Below, one piece after another: positions 1 through 10,557 of a stretch of DNA of 64,000 bases. The notes below the pieces were generated by a model, which ran no database searches, was not told where the DNA came from, and saw only the letters and a program-made list of their open reading frames with translations. The DNA comes from Nitrosopumilus sp. (GTDB lineage Archaea; Thermoproteota; Nitrososphaeria; Nitrososphaerales; Nitrosopumilaceae), in NCBI GenBank assembly GCA_965218695.1, contig OZ244651.1:1984001-2048000 (forward strand), read 5' to 3'. The position numbers and the translations under genes are program-made. Each line of letters starts with the position of its first letter. Position 1 is the first letter of the stretch.

Positions 1-355
1 GGGCTCCTGTACATGGCTTCTGCTGTCCCATGTTCTCAGCCTCTCAATTGGTGTTTCTCATAGTAGCCGAAAGCGGCCTGCCTGAGGCATCCTTGTTAAT
101 GGGGTTGATTATGGTTGCTAGTCCCATGTCATGCATTGTCAGTGAGGTTGGTGCGCCGGTTCTTGCCCGGTCGCCGTGCTCATCTGATACAAATGATCGC
201 CATTCTGGACCTGTTTCCTGCAGTTTTTCGGTGATTACAAACCCGCACCGGGGACAGAATGTCTCCCCTGATTCATTGTCTGTGACCAGTTTTTCCCCTG
301 CACATCTGGGACAAACCATCGCCGCCTTAATTGACATAGTTGTTTCTAGAGTCAT
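1..355 (-). pseudogene. tfb: Transcription initiation factor IIB (TFB), N-terminal part, frameshifted; runs off the window start
   Basis: Zn ribbon CPRC...CPRCG and B-reader GPEWRSF...RARTGAP...HDMGL. The frame stops at MRNTN*, but the conserved IERLRTWDSRS continues in another frame after one extra base near 49-51. Confidence 0.85.
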
Positions 356-482
356 GAATTTTGTACTATTTATGAATCAACGGGACTTTTGTAGGGGGGG
401 TGTCTCATGCCAGACTGCATGCATTCGGAGTTCTGCGCCAGACAGGATAATAGTCATAACGGAGTAACGCGGGTTAAGAGGC

Positions 483-1415
483 ATGAACCTGTTCTGGATT
501 ATACCGCTGCTGGCAGCATTCCTGGTACTAGTCTCAGATGCACACGCCAGTACCGAAACCATGAATGTGGAGGGCGGTATAGAAGTCAAGATTACGCATC
601 CTGGTGAGATTGTCGCGGGCAGAGAGGGAATAGTCTCCATCTTGGTAAGGAACAACGGATGGGAGGACAAGCAGGACATCTCGTTTGTCTTTTCACTGCC
701 TGATGTTCCGTCGATCACCGTGGAACCGTCAGAGGGGATCACCATAGACAGACTCGCACAGGGTGGATCGTACGGCAAAAACGTCCGCCTGCAGGTTGCA
801 GAGGAGACAAGGCCCGGCGTCTACTTTCTAAATATGAGGTACACGCACGTCCTTGTTGCAAACAACGAGACGCCGCAGGATCCATTCATTCAGGACATAG
901 CAATCCCGATCACCATAAAGGAGGATGCAAGGGTGACAGTCATCACAAAGACGCCCGAGTCGATCTTTGCAAATGCCCAGTTTCCAATCGAGGTGGAGGT
1001 TTTCTCAGAGGACATAGACATTACAGATGTCAGGATTAGAATGGTTCCCCCCGAAGATATCGAGTTTCTGGGCGAGACGCTTTACGCGTTCTCAAGGATT
1101 GAAAGGGATACGCCCGTTGGAGTAACCGCACAGATAATTACGCCTGCAGCCGTGGACACGGAGCGCAGGATTCCGTTTGGAATTGTTGTAGAGTATACAG
1201 ACGACGTCGGAGCCGAAAAAGCCGACTCGCAGACAGTCTCCCTAGTTTTAAGGCCCAGAACATTCATGGAGCTTACCGGTGATGGCGGAATCTGGGTTGG
1301 TGATTTTTTTATTGCGCCGTATGTCAGTATTGGGACGATCATAGGAATACCTGCAGGCACAATAATGACACTGTTGATAAAAAGAAGAAATACGGGCAAA
1401 AAGCACGGTTCCTAA
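483..1415 (+). CDS. Secreted, membrane-anchored protein with Ig-like/CARDB-like beta domains
   Basis: N-terminal signal peptide, two beta-rich domains, C-terminal TM helix followed by a basic tail. Confidence 0.75.
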   Translation: MNLFWIIPLLAAFLVLVSDAHASTETMNVEGGIEVKITHPGEIVAGREGIVSILVRNNGWEDKQDISFVFSLPDVPSITVEPSEGITIDRLAQGGSYGKNVRLQVAEETRPGVYFLNMRYTHVLVANNETPQDPFIQDIAIPITIKEDARVTVITKTPESIFANAQFPIEVEVFSEDIDITDVRIRMVPPEDIEFLGETLYAFSRIERDTPVGVTAQIITPAAVDTERRIPFGIVVEYTDDVGAEKADSQTVSLVLRPRTFMELTGDGGIWVGDFFIAPYVSIGTIIGIPAGTIMTLLIKRRNTGKKHGS

Positions 1416-1711
1416 GATTTCAGCATGTCTGTGATCGCCTGAATGTACCTTTCATTGTACCTATTGTACATCTGGATTTTGCCTTGGGCCAAGGCCATTG
1501 CGCCTGGCCTGCTGTTGATATGTGCTCCTACCACCCTCTGCTCATCCAGAATTCGCTCAAGATGGTCCCTTGTACATGATTCAAGTTGTGCAAGCAGGCC
1601 TGCAAGCTCCCTCTCAAGAATATCCCGGGTGTCGGGAATCTCCGGAGGCCATGCGCCAATAATCTCCTTGACGGTAATCCTCCCAAACACCTTTTTGTCC
1701 AGTTCCAACAA
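1412..1711 (-). CDS. Conserved hypothetical protein
   Basis: 99-aa helical ORF (MLELDKKVFG...) abutting its neighbours. Confidence 0.7.
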   Translation of the reverse strand: MLELDKKVFGRITVKEIIGAWPPEIPDTRDILERELAGLLAQLESCTRDHLERILDEQRVVGAHINSRPGAMALAQGKIQMYNRYNERYIQAITDMLKS

Positions 1712-1766
1712 CAGGCAGGATCACACCCTGCCATTATAAACCGAGTCTGCGTGTACGGCTTCCGGG

Positions 1767-1997
1767 TCAGGCACGCTCGCCCAGAAAATGAACGGTGCTG
1801 TCTGTCACTATAACTGTCCTGTCCTTTGGTACCCTGTACAGCTTTTTTGTGTCGTTGGGAAGTTGGATAATAACCTTGGAAAACGGATCCTTTATCGACT
1901 TGTACAGGACGCTCCTGTCGCCTACTGACTGTGACCAATGTGTGCCCTGTACGAATGATATCGACTGAAATCTCACAACATGATACGAGTAGACCAT
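1767..1997 (-). CDS. Small hypothetical protein
   Basis: 76-aa ORF with ATG start and TATA-like CTTTAT upstream. Confidence 0.65.
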   Translation of the reverse strand: MVYSYHVVRFQSISFVQGTHWSQSVGDRSVLYKSIKDPFSKVIIQLPNDTKKLYRVPKDRTVIVTDSTVHFLGERA

Positions 1998-2048
1998 TCC
2001 TGATTAGGTAGTAGCGGCGTTACGGATAAAGGATCTTCCAATCAAGGC

Positions 2049-3581
2049 GTATGAATTCACCTGTCCTTCCTGTCACAAAAAAATGATCATACTGATCCAT
2101 ATGCTGGTAATACACATCCCTGTCCATGGGGAACCCACGGCACATGAACAGGGAACAGCTGGAGAGGGAACTGGCTGAGGAAAGGAAGAAAAATGCCATG
2201 CTCGAGTCCAAGATTGAAGAGGTGCTTGCCAAGATCGAACGTCTTGAAAGGGCCTTGGGGTACAGCGAGCGCATCATGACATACTATACAAACCCCAACA
2301 CGCCGCCCTCATCTGAATCCCTGGAATGGAAGGCCCAGAAGAGGGAGCGGGCAAAAAAACAGGAAAAGGGAGACAAAGCCAAGCGCGGGGGAAGAGATGG
2401 ACACGTGGGGGCGTCGCGCCCCCGCGACCCGGAAAGGACCGTATCCCACAGGTTCGGGCGCAGGAAGTCGGGCAGGAGACGGGTGCCGGTACTCCCGGAA
2501 TGCGGGTGCGGCGGCGGCCGGATGGCGATTGGCAGTCCGCGCGTGCGGGACATCACGGACATCATGGTGACTGCGTGCGAGACGCGGCACCGCGTGGAGA
2601 CTGCAATATGCGGCTCATGCGGCCGCAGGGAAGATGCCCCAAACGACCTGCCGCGGCGGGGCAACTTCGGCAAGGGACTGGTCGGGCTCGTCTCAGAACT
2701 GCGCGCGGCACGGGTGCCGCTCAAGGGAATCTCGGTCGCGGTGCGCTCCATAACGGACATTGAGCTTGCAGGATCCACTGTCAACAACATCATGGCGCGC
2801 GTCGGGGACGCCTCGGGCCACGAGGCAGGCAGGATCCTCGGGGAAGTGGAGGCTTCTGACTGTGCCGGGTTTGACGAGACCAGCTGGCGAAACGACGGCC
2901 AGAGGGTGCACGCAAACGTGGCACAGTCGGGCAAAAATATCGCAATAAACATCAGCCAGAGCAGGGCCACGCTCATGCTCGATGCCATGGACAAATTTGA
3001 CGGGGTGGCGATAACTGACGGGTACAACGGGTATGACAGGTTTGACAAGGGCGGCATGCACCAGTCGTGCTGGGCGCACGACCTCCGGCAGACAAGACAC
3101 CTGGCAGAAAAATACTGTGCCGTGCCTCCCAAGACCAAACGCGTCCGGCGGCGGCGGCAGCTCCACGAGGACCACAAGTGGGTGTTTGAGAGGGCAAAAC
3201 TGCTGGCCGCGCAGGAGGCGCACTCGCCACATCTGCGGCATGCGATGAACCGCACCATGCAGGACGTGCTTGACCGGTATCGCGATGCAGGTGGTGGTAA
3301 CGATGACGACATGCAAAAGGTGCTGGACAAGCTTGAGAGGCACCTGCACCGCATGTTTGCGTTCCTGGAGCATCCAGGTGTCGACCCTACAAACAACGCC
3401 GGCGAGAGGGCACTGCGCTATCTGGTGGTGTTCCGCAAGATAAGCGGGCAGACCAAGGGTGGACCCAAGTCCATGAAGCGTCTTGCAGATTTTGTTACAT
3501 GCGTCCTCACGTGGAGGGCACATGGCAAGAGCGTGGCCGAAGAAGTTGGTCGACTGATATAAGGGGCAGGTGAACTCATAC
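2049..3581 (+). mobile_element. IS66-family insertion sequence (single-ORF type)
   Basis: TIRs GTATGAATTCACCTGTCC and (rc) GTATGAGTTCACCTGCCC; 8-bp TSD ATCAAGGC at 2041-2048 and 3582-3589. Confidence 0.95.
2126..3562 (+). CDS. IS66 transposase (TnpC-like)
   Basis: Coiled coil, PPSS motif, Zn finger, DETSW, TDGY, Q-CWAH, TNNAGERALR. Confidence 0.95.
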   Translation: MGNPRHMNREQLERELAEERKKNAMLESKIEEVLAKIERLERALGYSERIMTYYTNPNTPPSSESLEWKAQKRERAKKQEKGDKAKRGGRDGHVGASRPRDPERTVSHRFGRRKSGRRRVPVLPECGCGGGRMAIGSPRVRDITDIMVTACETRHRVETAICGSCGRREDAPNDLPRRGNFGKGLVGLVSELRAARVPLKGISVAVRSITDIELAGSTVNNIMARVGDASGHEAGRILGEVEASDCAGFDETSWRNDGQRVHANVAQSGKNIAINISQSRATLMLDAMDKFDGVAITDGYNGYDRFDKGGMHQSCWAHDLRQTRHLAEKYCAVPPKTKRVRRRRQLHEDHKWVFERAKLLAAQEAHSPHLRHAMNRTMQDVLDRYRDAGGGNDDDMQKVLDKLERHLHRMFAFLEHPGVDPTNNAGERALRYLVVFRKISGQTKGGPKSMKRLADFVTCVLTWRAHGKSVAEEVGRLI

Positions 3582-3806
3582 ATCAAGGCTGCGTGCAAGA
3601 GTAGTTCTGCAGCAGCACAACAAACAGTTGCACAGGTATGGTTCCAAGACGTTTTGGGTTGCGCCGCTAGCAGAGACGTGCCATGACACATCCGGTCATG
3701 TTTGTGGCGTTCTGTGACCATTTCGTTGCCCGAACCGTCGGGTTGTGGGCAAAAACGCAGAATATTCAGGATAGGGTTTTATAGTTTAGCGTATCCTCGA
3801 TACTAA

Positions 3807-3998
3807 ATGGTTCTCAAATTGAGATGTGAGGAGTACGGTTTTGAATGTCCATTTGCCATAGATGGTGAGGAAACGTTGGAAACGATCGGTAGACTAAGGA
3901 AACATTTTGACGATGTTCACGGTATCGACTATACCATAGAGGCAGTAACGCAGATGATTTCAAACCGGGGATATTCACTACAATCAATAAAAAAGTAA
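3807..3998 (+). CDS. DUF1059-like small metal-binding protein
   Basis: LRCEEYGFECPF...HFDDVHG pattern. Confidence 0.75.
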   Translation: MVLKLRCEEYGFECPFAIDGEETLETIGRLRKHFDDVHGIDYTIEAVTQMISNRGYSLQSIKK

Positions 3999-4379
3999 GA
4001 GTCCGATGCGGCCAGAAGGATCGTAACAGGCGTCCACTTGGTGCGGATCCATTCTCAACAGGGTTGTTTTTTGAGCCATATTTCAATCCCGTCTGATTGT
4101 ACGCATACCATCATGATGGTCAGGTGTGTTGAAAAAGGGATACGGGCCAAGGCATGTCTTTCTCACATGTAGAAGAGATCACAGTCCCACGCGGATAGTT
4201 GTTAGTATGCGCGTTTGTATTTTCAAACAGGTCAATGTTTATTACATTGTAGATATATCAAATATTGCATCCGTACTTGTTGCAAGGGAACAGGAATTTT
4301 TTGCATGCAGGAGCATGTTTTAGCACTAAAATTACCTGTAAGATATTCCTTTTATTCTAAAAACGCCAATATAAGGTGA

Positions 4380-5294
4380 GTGATAATAGGGTATTCAGAT
4401 AATTTTGAAGGCAGGTGCGAAATTGATACCTGCCAAACCCAGCCCACCATAACAGATTCTGAGAGAGGAGAGGTTGTGTGCGGGGGATGCGGGACAATCC
4501 TAGAGCAGAGTATGTCTGACATGTCGCATGAGGTGGGTGGCCACGGTGCAGACGAGTACATGAAACAGACAAGGACCGGACCCTCTACATCACTGACGAT
4601 GTACGACAGGGGGTTGTCAACGGTAATTGGCAGCAACAAGGATTCTGCTGGAAACATCCTGTCCAACGAGACAAAATACGAGTTTAGTAGGTTGCGGACA
4701 TGGGATCAGAGAAGCAGGTCAAGAAGGACTGCCGCACTGAGTAAGGCGTTTACTCTGCTTCACGGAATGAAGACAAAGCTTGGAATCCCGGTCAATGCTG
4801 TGGAGTACTCGGCATACATCTACAGAAAGGCAGTCGCCGCAAAGCTTACCAGAGGAAGGACGATGGCATCGCTGGTTGCAGCGTCCCTGTATGCAGGATG
4901 CAGGGCCAACAACATTCCAAGAACGCTTGACGATATCGCAGATGCCGGGAATGTGGAGAGAAGGATACTTTCGCGGGATCTGAGAACCCTGATCAGGACG
5001 CTTGGTCTAAACCTGAACCAGTATGATACAACGTCGTTTATCTCAAAGATTTCAAACAACATGAAACTCAAGGAGAAGACAAAGAGGGATGCGTTTGAAA
5101 TACTCAAGCGGTGCGAGAAGGAACGGATCACGGCGGGAAAGCATCCTGTGGCACAGGCCGCAGCCTCGCTGTACATTTCGTGTATTATGAACGGAGAAAA
5201 GATCAGTCAGAAAAGGTTTGCAGCAGAGGCCGGGGTAAGTGACGTCACGATAAGAAACAGAATCATCCTTATCAAAAAGACCCTAGATGTCTAA
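4380..5294 (+). CDS. tfb: Transcription initiation factor IIB paralog
   Basis: Zn ribbon (C-x4-C...CGGCG), RTGP...DRGLST, RLRTWD, two cyclin repeats ending in GVSDVTIRNR. Confidence 0.93.
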   Translation: MIIGYSDNFEGRCEIDTCQTQPTITDSERGEVVCGGCGTILEQSMSDMSHEVGGHGADEYMKQTRTGPSTSLTMYDRGLSTVIGSNKDSAGNILSNETKYEFSRLRTWDQRSRSRRTAALSKAFTLLHGMKTKLGIPVNAVEYSAYIYRKAVAAKLTRGRTMASLVAASLYAGCRANNIPRTLDDIADAGNVERRILSRDLRTLIRTLGLNLNQYDTTSFISKISNNMKLKEKTKRDAFEILKRCEKERITAGKHPVAQAAASLYISCIMNGEKISQKRFAAEAGVSDVTIRNRIILIKKTLDV

Positions 5295-5335
5295 AGGTCG
5301 ATGCCGGAAGCGGCACGCAATCATGAGGGGGTGTA

Positions 5336-5554
5336 TCATTTGTAAAAGCTGGGTTCCTGATCCCTCTTTTGTTTTGGAAGATCATCCATAACTGCCTGGA
5401 TCACCTCGTCGTGGTTGTATGTCAGGTGTCTAAGAAATTTTGCCGATTCGTATGCACGGGCCTTGTCATCACCGGACAGTATCTCCGGGCTGCACAGCGC
5501 AGCCATCATAAAGTCACATTGTGAACACGGCTCAAAGTCAAGATAGATCTTCAT
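5336..5554 (-). CDS. Small hypothetical protein with CxxC
   Basis: 72-aa ORF containing PCSQC and RHLTYNH. Confidence 0.65.
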   Translation of the reverse strand: MKIYLDFEPCSQCDFMMAALCSPEILSGDDKARAYESAKFLRHLTYNHDEVIQAVMDDLPKQKRDQEPSFYK

Positions 5555-5694
5555 TATATCATATCGCCGTCATCCTCAGTATTTAGATTGTTGTATGGCG
5601 CATCAGACTGTCTGGAGACGCACCCTCTGCAGTCGGAAGGGGGGGGGTGTGGCTCCTGGCAAGCATGGGGAAATTGCCGCATATTTTAGAACGT

Positions 5695-7827
5695 CTAGGA
5701 GGCAACAGGTACCACCTTTCTTTCTGGATCCACCGTGTACACAGCATCCACCAGATCCTGTTGTGTAATCCGGATGTCTTTAATGCCCGGGTGCTCGCCG
5801 CCTACGTGTCTTCTCAGGGCTGCAATCGAGGCCCTGTTGGCCACTGCGGCAATCTCGGCTCCAGAGAATCCGTCTGTCAGAACCACAATGCTGGCAATAT
5901 TGGCATCGTCTGCAAGGGGTTTTTTCCGGGTGTGGATTTCAAGGATATGGCGCCTTCCTTCGGCGTCAGGCACGGGCACCCTGATTATCCTGTCAAACCG
6001 GCCAGGTCTTAACAGGGCCTCATCTATGATATCCAGCCGGTTTGTCGCGCCCACCACCAGTACGTTGTGAAGTTCTTCAAGTCCGTCAATCTCGGTCAGG
6101 ATCTGGGAGACTACGTTCTCTGTAACGTGTGAGCCAGAGCCATCGCTTCCCCTTCGCGGAACAAGCGCATCGATCTCATCAAGAAAGATGATACATGGTG
6201 CTGCCTGCCGCGCCTTTCTAAAGATCTCCCGTACACCTTTCTCAGACTCGCCAACCCATTTTGAAAGCAGTTCCGGGCCCTTAATGCTGATAAAGTTGGA
6301 CTCGGTCATGCGGGCAAGGGCCTTTGCAATCAGGGTCTTGCCGGTTCCAGGCGGGCCGTGCAGCAGTATTCCGTGCGGAGGCGTTGCGTCAACATACTCA
6401 AAGGCCTCCTTGTACCGGACAGGCCACTCAACTGCCTCGCGCAGTTCATCCTTTAGCTGATTCAGGCCTCCCACATCGTCCCATGTCACATCTGGAATAC
6501 GGGCTTGGACCTCCCGCAGGGCACTGGGACCGATCTCCTTTAAGGCATCCTCAAAATCCTTGTCTGTAATTCGTATGTTCTGAAGAATCTCTGGGGAGAC
6601 CTCGTCCTCGTCAAGATCAATCTCAGGAAGAACCCTGCGCAGGGATCTCATCGCGGCTTCCTTGGAGAGCATCTGCAAGTCGGCTCCCACAAACCCGTGT
6701 GTGATTCGGGAGAGATGCTTAAAGTCCACGTCTTTGTCAATTGGCATTCCGCGCGTGTGAATTGAGAGTATCTCTAGCCTTCCATTTTCATCCGGAATGC
6801 CGATCTCGATCTCCCGGTCAAATCTTCCCGGCCTCCTGAGTGCGGGATCGATTGAGTCCGGTCTGTTGGTGGCAGCAATTACCACAACCTTCCCCCTAGA
6901 CTTGATTCCATCCATCAATGTCAGAAGTTGGGAGACAATTCTCTTTTCAACCTCGCCGGATACGTCGTCCCTCTTTGGCGCAATCGAGTCGATCTCATCA
7001 ATGAAGATAATGCATGGGGAGTCTGCCTCGGCATCTGCAAAGATCTTGCGGATTCTCTCCTCACTCTCTCCATAATGGCTTCCCATTATCTCAGGGCCGC
7101 TAATCGAGATAAAACGGGCGTTGGTCTCACCGGCTACTGCCTTTGCAATCAGGGTCTTGCCTGTTCCAGGTGGACCATAAAGAAGGACGCCTCTTGGAGC
7201 ATCCACGCCGATCTTCTTAAAGAGTTCAGGGTGTCTCATCGGCAGTTCGACTGTCTCACGGATCTTCTGAACCTCGTTCTTCAACCCACCAAGTTCATCA
7301 TATGTAATCCTTGAAACCGAAGCATCCACGGTCTTGGTCATGGTTCCAAGACGAAACACGGTACTTTCCGTAACAAGGACCGGCCTGACGGGTCTTGTCC
7401 CGGTCACTATGAACTGTACGCGATCCCCCATCTTTGTATTCAGGGATACCGAGTCTCCCGTGGCAAACACGTGGTTGAGATAGTTATGGGTCATAAACTC
7501 CTGCAGTCCCTCGACTGCGACCTTCTCTGTCGGGGACAGGACGATCTGCTCGGCGTTGGCCGCCTCCACTGATCTCAGCGTGACTCTGTCCCCTATACCT
7601 GCGCCCAGGTTTTGTCTTGTAACACCGTCAATCTTGATGATTCCCTCGCCGTACTCTTCGGGGGCTCCCGGCCAGAGCTTGACATGAGTCTTCCTGTTGC
7701 ACGTCAGCTCCAAGATTTGGCCGGTGCTCCACTCTTGCTCCTCAATGACCCGAGGGTCAACAATTGCCCTCCCTCGTCCAACATGCAACAAGGGAATCTC
7801 ACCTATCTTTAATGTGGTTTCGTTCAT
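5695..7827 (-). CDS. cdc48: CDC48/VCP family AAA+ ATPase
   Basis: N domain plus two AAA modules (GPPGTGKT x2, DEID, RPGRFDR); start moved to MNETT at 7827. Confidence 0.95.
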   Translation of the reverse strand: MNETTLKIGEIPLLHVGRGRAIVDPRVIEEQEWSTGQILELTCNRKTHVKLWPGAPEEYGEGIIKIDGVTRQNLGAGIGDRVTLRSVEAANAEQIVLSPTEKVAVEGLQEFMTHNYLNHVFATGDSVSLNTKMGDRVQFIVTGTRPVRPVLVTESTVFRLGTMTKTVDASVSRITYDELGGLKNEVQKIRETVELPMRHPELFKKIGVDAPRGVLLYGPPGTGKTLIAKAVAGETNARFISISGPEIMGSHYGESEERIRKIFADAEADSPCIIFIDEIDSIAPKRDDVSGEVEKRIVSQLLTLMDGIKSRGKVVVIAATNRPDSIDPALRRPGRFDREIEIGIPDENGRLEILSIHTRGMPIDKDVDFKHLSRITHGFVGADLQMLSKEAAMRSLRRVLPEIDLDEDEVSPEILQNIRITDKDFEDALKEIGPSALREVQARIPDVTWDDVGGLNQLKDELREAVEWPVRYKEAFEYVDATPPHGILLHGPPGTGKTLIAKALARMTESNFISIKGPELLSKWVGESEKGVREIFRKARQAAPCIIFLDEIDALVPRRGSDGSGSHVTENVVSQILTEIDGLEELHNVLVVGATNRLDIIDEALLRPGRFDRIIRVPVPDAEGRRHILEIHTRKKPLADDANIASIVVLTDGFSGAEIAAVANRASIAALRRHVGGEHPGIKDIRITQQDLVDAVYTVDPERKVVPVAS

Positions 7828-7835
7828 ACCATTGC

Positions 7836-7852
7836 CCCAAAAAAGGGGGGGG
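7836..7852 (-). terminator. Possible oligo-U terminator between hsp20 and cdc48
   Basis: CCCCCCCCTTTTTT immediately after the hsp20 stop on the minus strand. Confidence 0.35.
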
Positions 7853-8338
7853 TTATTCCACCTCCACCTTGGTGCCGGTTGGTTTCTCTGAAACCAACCC
7901 AAACACGAGCTGCAGGATCCCGTTCTTGTAAGAGGCCTTTGCAGAGTTCTCATCGATCCTGCGTTTTATGGGAACCCTAGCATGGTATCTCGTCTTATCG
8001 CGGGCAGCAGAGATATCCACTACTTTGTTGTCGACTACGATCTGGATGTCGTTCTTCTCAACTCCGGGTATCTCGGCAATGAGTTTCACCGTGTTGTTCT
8101 TCTCGTCAACGATCGTGTCCACGACCGGCTCCCTTGCATTACCTTGGCCGGGTGCCTCTTGGCCTGTCCCGCACTCCCTTAGAACGGGTCTTCCGTTGGG
8201 TCCGATACTCAGGGTATAACCATACCAGTACGGCCCGGTTTCAGAGTTGCCTCTGTTTCCTTCAAAGATGTCGTCCGTGTCAAAAAAGGATCCAGACATT
8301 CTTCTGAAGGCTCTATTGATCTCATTATCAAAGAACAC
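7853..8338 (-). CDS. hsp20: Small heat shock protein Hsp20
   Basis: Alpha-crystallin domain: [11 protein letters not shown]...[11 protein letters not shown]-terminal VEV. Confidence 0.93.
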   Translation of the reverse strand: MFFDNEINRAFRRMSGSFFDTDDIFEGNRGNSETGPYWYGYTLSIGPNGRPVLRECGTGQEAPGQGNAREPVVDTIVDEKNNTVKLIAEIPGVEKNDIQIVVDNKVVDISAARDKTRYHARVPIKRRIDENSAKASYKNGILQLVFGLVSEKPTGTKVEVE

Positions 8339-8354
8339 GTCATATTCACCTATC

Positions 8355-8376
8355 TAATGTAATATATATTACATTA
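8355..8376. promoter_or_regulatory. Perfect 22-bp palindrome, candidate operator of hsp20-cdc48
   Basis: TAATGTAATATATATTACATTA directly upstream of hsp20. Confidence 0.6.
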
Positions 8377-8498
8377 TATAATTTTTACTATGTTATATGG
8401 AAATGTTTGACAGTACATAATCTTATTTATAAACAAGTGAAGAACCAGAGTGATTAATTACACAAACTAATTATAAATGACATGGTGGAATAACCGTC

Positions 8499-9155
8499 AT
8501 GAGGACATCAGTACCCGATGCAGTAAGGGAGATCATTACCAGAAACCGTTCCATCTACGACTGTATGAGGATGGATCTGATAAACTACACGGCCCTTGCA
8601 GTAAGGATACGGCCCGAGGTTGAGAGGATTTTGGGAAACGTAGTAAATCTCAACACAGTGGTAGTTGCAATCAAGAGATATGCAGACTCTTTTGATCTCA
8701 GAGAAGAGGTGAGAGACGAGCCGGTTCTAAAGAATGCGCGACTGGTCCTAACAGGCGGAATCATGGATGTCAGGTTCTCAGCAAAGGAATCAGATGGGAT
8801 GGATCCGGCCGACATCCTAGACAAGTTCTCCAAGGTGACTAGCAATTATGAGTTCTTCAGGGTGAGCGACTCTTTCCGGTTTCTTGCCGAGGACATGGAT
8901 GATGTCAGGCGGATCTTTGAGAATGTGCCGGGAACCAAGGACATGTTCAATACCGGTCTTGTAAAGATCAGGATCATAATTCCAGAGGCCAGAGGCCAGT
9001 CAGGTGCAGTTTCGTACGTTGCAGAGGTGTTGCATAGAAACGGAATCGAGCTTGTAAATGCATTCTTCAGTCAGGATAGCATCACCGTCATTCTAAGGGA
9101 GAGTGACGCGCCAAGGGCATATGACATACTGCATTCAGACATCACAGGCGACTGA
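8499..9155 (+). CDS. ACT-domain-containing regulatory protein
   Basis: LINYTALA N-terminal HTH-like motif; C-terminal ACT-like fold. Confidence 0.75.
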   Translation: MRTSVPDAVREIITRNRSIYDCMRMDLINYTALAVRIRPEVERILGNVVNLNTVVVAIKRYADSFDLREEVRDEPVLKNARLVLTGGIMDVRFSAKESDGMDPADILDKFSKVTSNYEFFRVSDSFRFLAEDMDDVRRIFENVPGTKDMFNTGLVKIRIIIPEARGQSGAVSYVAEVLHRNGIELVNAFFSQDSITVILRESDAPRAYDILHSDITGD

Positions 9156-9195
9156 CAGTATTATATTTATGGCATATGCCAATAGAAAATCGAGA

Positions 9196-10536
9196 TTGGT
9201 TAAAAAGAAGAACATAGTTGTGGTAGGAGGCGGTTTTGCGGGTGTAAAATGCGCCAAGCAGTTAGAATCCGAGTTTGGAGACGATCCGGAGATCAGCCTG
9301 ATAATGATAAGCGAGGACAACTATCTGCTGTTTACGCCGATGCTGCCCCAAGTGGCGTCAGGGGCAATCGAGACGAGGCACATTGTCACGCCCATCAGAG
9401 CCATATGCAAGAAGACAAAGTTCTACAAGGGAAGGATCAAGAGTATCGACCCGTATGGAAAGAGGGTTACGTTGTGGGGGACTGTTGACAGGAGAAGTGT
9501 ATCAATCCATTATGAGTTTCTGGTGCTTGCCCTAGGCAGCGAGACCAATTTTTTCGGGATGGCGGATGTGGAAAAGAACGCATTCAGCATGAGAACGCTG
9601 AATGACGCAGTCATGTTGAGGAACAGGGCAATTGACATGCTTGAACAGGCAGAGAATGAGACGAACCCAATCCTTCGAAGGGGTTTTTTGCATTTTGTTA
9701 TTGTAGGCGCCGGTTTTGCGGGAATAGAGACGGCAGGCGAACTCATGGGGCTCCTGCGGGATGCAAGAAAGCATTACCCAACAATCCACAAAGAGGATCT
9801 CAAGGTAACGGTGGTGGAGGTGGCCTCTGCCATACTGCCGGAATTCGACCAAAAACTGGCCCAATACGCAAAGGAGAAGCTCATGGAGGGTGGGATTGAC
9901 ATAAGGCTGAACACGGCTGTAACCAGTTTTGATGGAAACGAGGTCACGTTGAAGCCCGCAAAGACAGACGATGAGGACGACATGGGGGGAATCATAACAA
10001 AGACTATGATCTGGACTGCGGGGGTGACGCCGGTAAACACAATCAAGAGATCAATGTTTAAGACCGAGAGGGGAAAGATCATAGTGAACGACTATCTGGA
10101 GGCGGAAGGGTTCCCAGGGGTCTTTGCGATTGGGGACTGCGCCGGATTTACAGACCCGAATACAAAAAGACATCTCCCACCTACCGCGCAGGTCGCAGAA
10201 TCCCAGGCAAAGACTGCAGCAAAGAACCTAAAGGCCATAATTAAAAACGCCCAAAAGGAAAAATTTGTCTTCAGGAACAGGGGGCAGATGGCAATTATTG
10301 GAAAGCGATCCGGCATCGCCCGTCTTAGAGGGATAAATTTTACAGGTTTTCTGGCATGGGCTATATGGAATAATGTGTATCTGTCAAAGGTCGCTACCGT
10401 GGACAAGAGGACCAGAATAGCCATCGACTGGATAGTAGATCTAATCTTTGACAGGGATGTGGCCCAGCTTAAACTGATGAAGCGTGATGTCGAAAAAGAG
10501 TACAGGGCCGTCGATGACGTCGATGATGTCTGGTAG
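9196..10536 (+). CDS. ndh: Type II NADH dehydrogenase (NDH-2 family flavoprotein)
   Basis: GGGFAG, LFTPML, GAGFAGIETAGE, WTAGV, FAIGD, PPTAQ; TTG start inferred. Confidence 0.9.
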   Translation: MVKKKNIVVVGGGFAGVKCAKQLESEFGDDPEISLIMISEDNYLLFTPMLPQVASGAIETRHIVTPIRAICKKTKFYKGRIKSIDPYGKRVTLWGTVDRRSVSIHYEFLVLALGSETNFFGMADVEKNAFSMRTLNDAVMLRNRAIDMLEQAENETNPILRRGFLHFVIVGAGFAGIETAGELMGLLRDARKHYPTIHKEDLKVTVVEVASAILPEFDQKLAQYAKEKLMEGGIDIRLNTAVTSFDGNEVTLKPAKTDDEDDMGGIITKTMIWTAGVTPVNTIKRSMFKTERGKIIVNDYLEAEGFPGVFAIGDCAGFTDPNTKRHLPPTAQVAESQAKTAAKNLKAIIKNAQKEKFVFRNRGQMAIIGKRSGIARLRGINFTGFLAWAIWNNVYLSKVATVDKRTRIAIDWIVDLIFDRDVAQLKLMKRDVEKEYRAVDDVDDVW

Positions 10537-10557
10537 TACAGGTTCGTAATGGTGCAG

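Noticed and set aside
2284-3721. Long antisense ORFs (370 and 342 aa) over the IS66 transposase, and similar shadow ORFs elsewhere
   Set aside because: Shadow frames of GC-rich coding sequence with no recognisable motifs
3684-3765. Hairpins CATGAC/GTCATG and TTGCCC-AACC/GGTT-GGGCAA in the spacer after IS66
   Set aside because: Short, imperfect stems are expected by chance at this GC content, and there is no clear promoter
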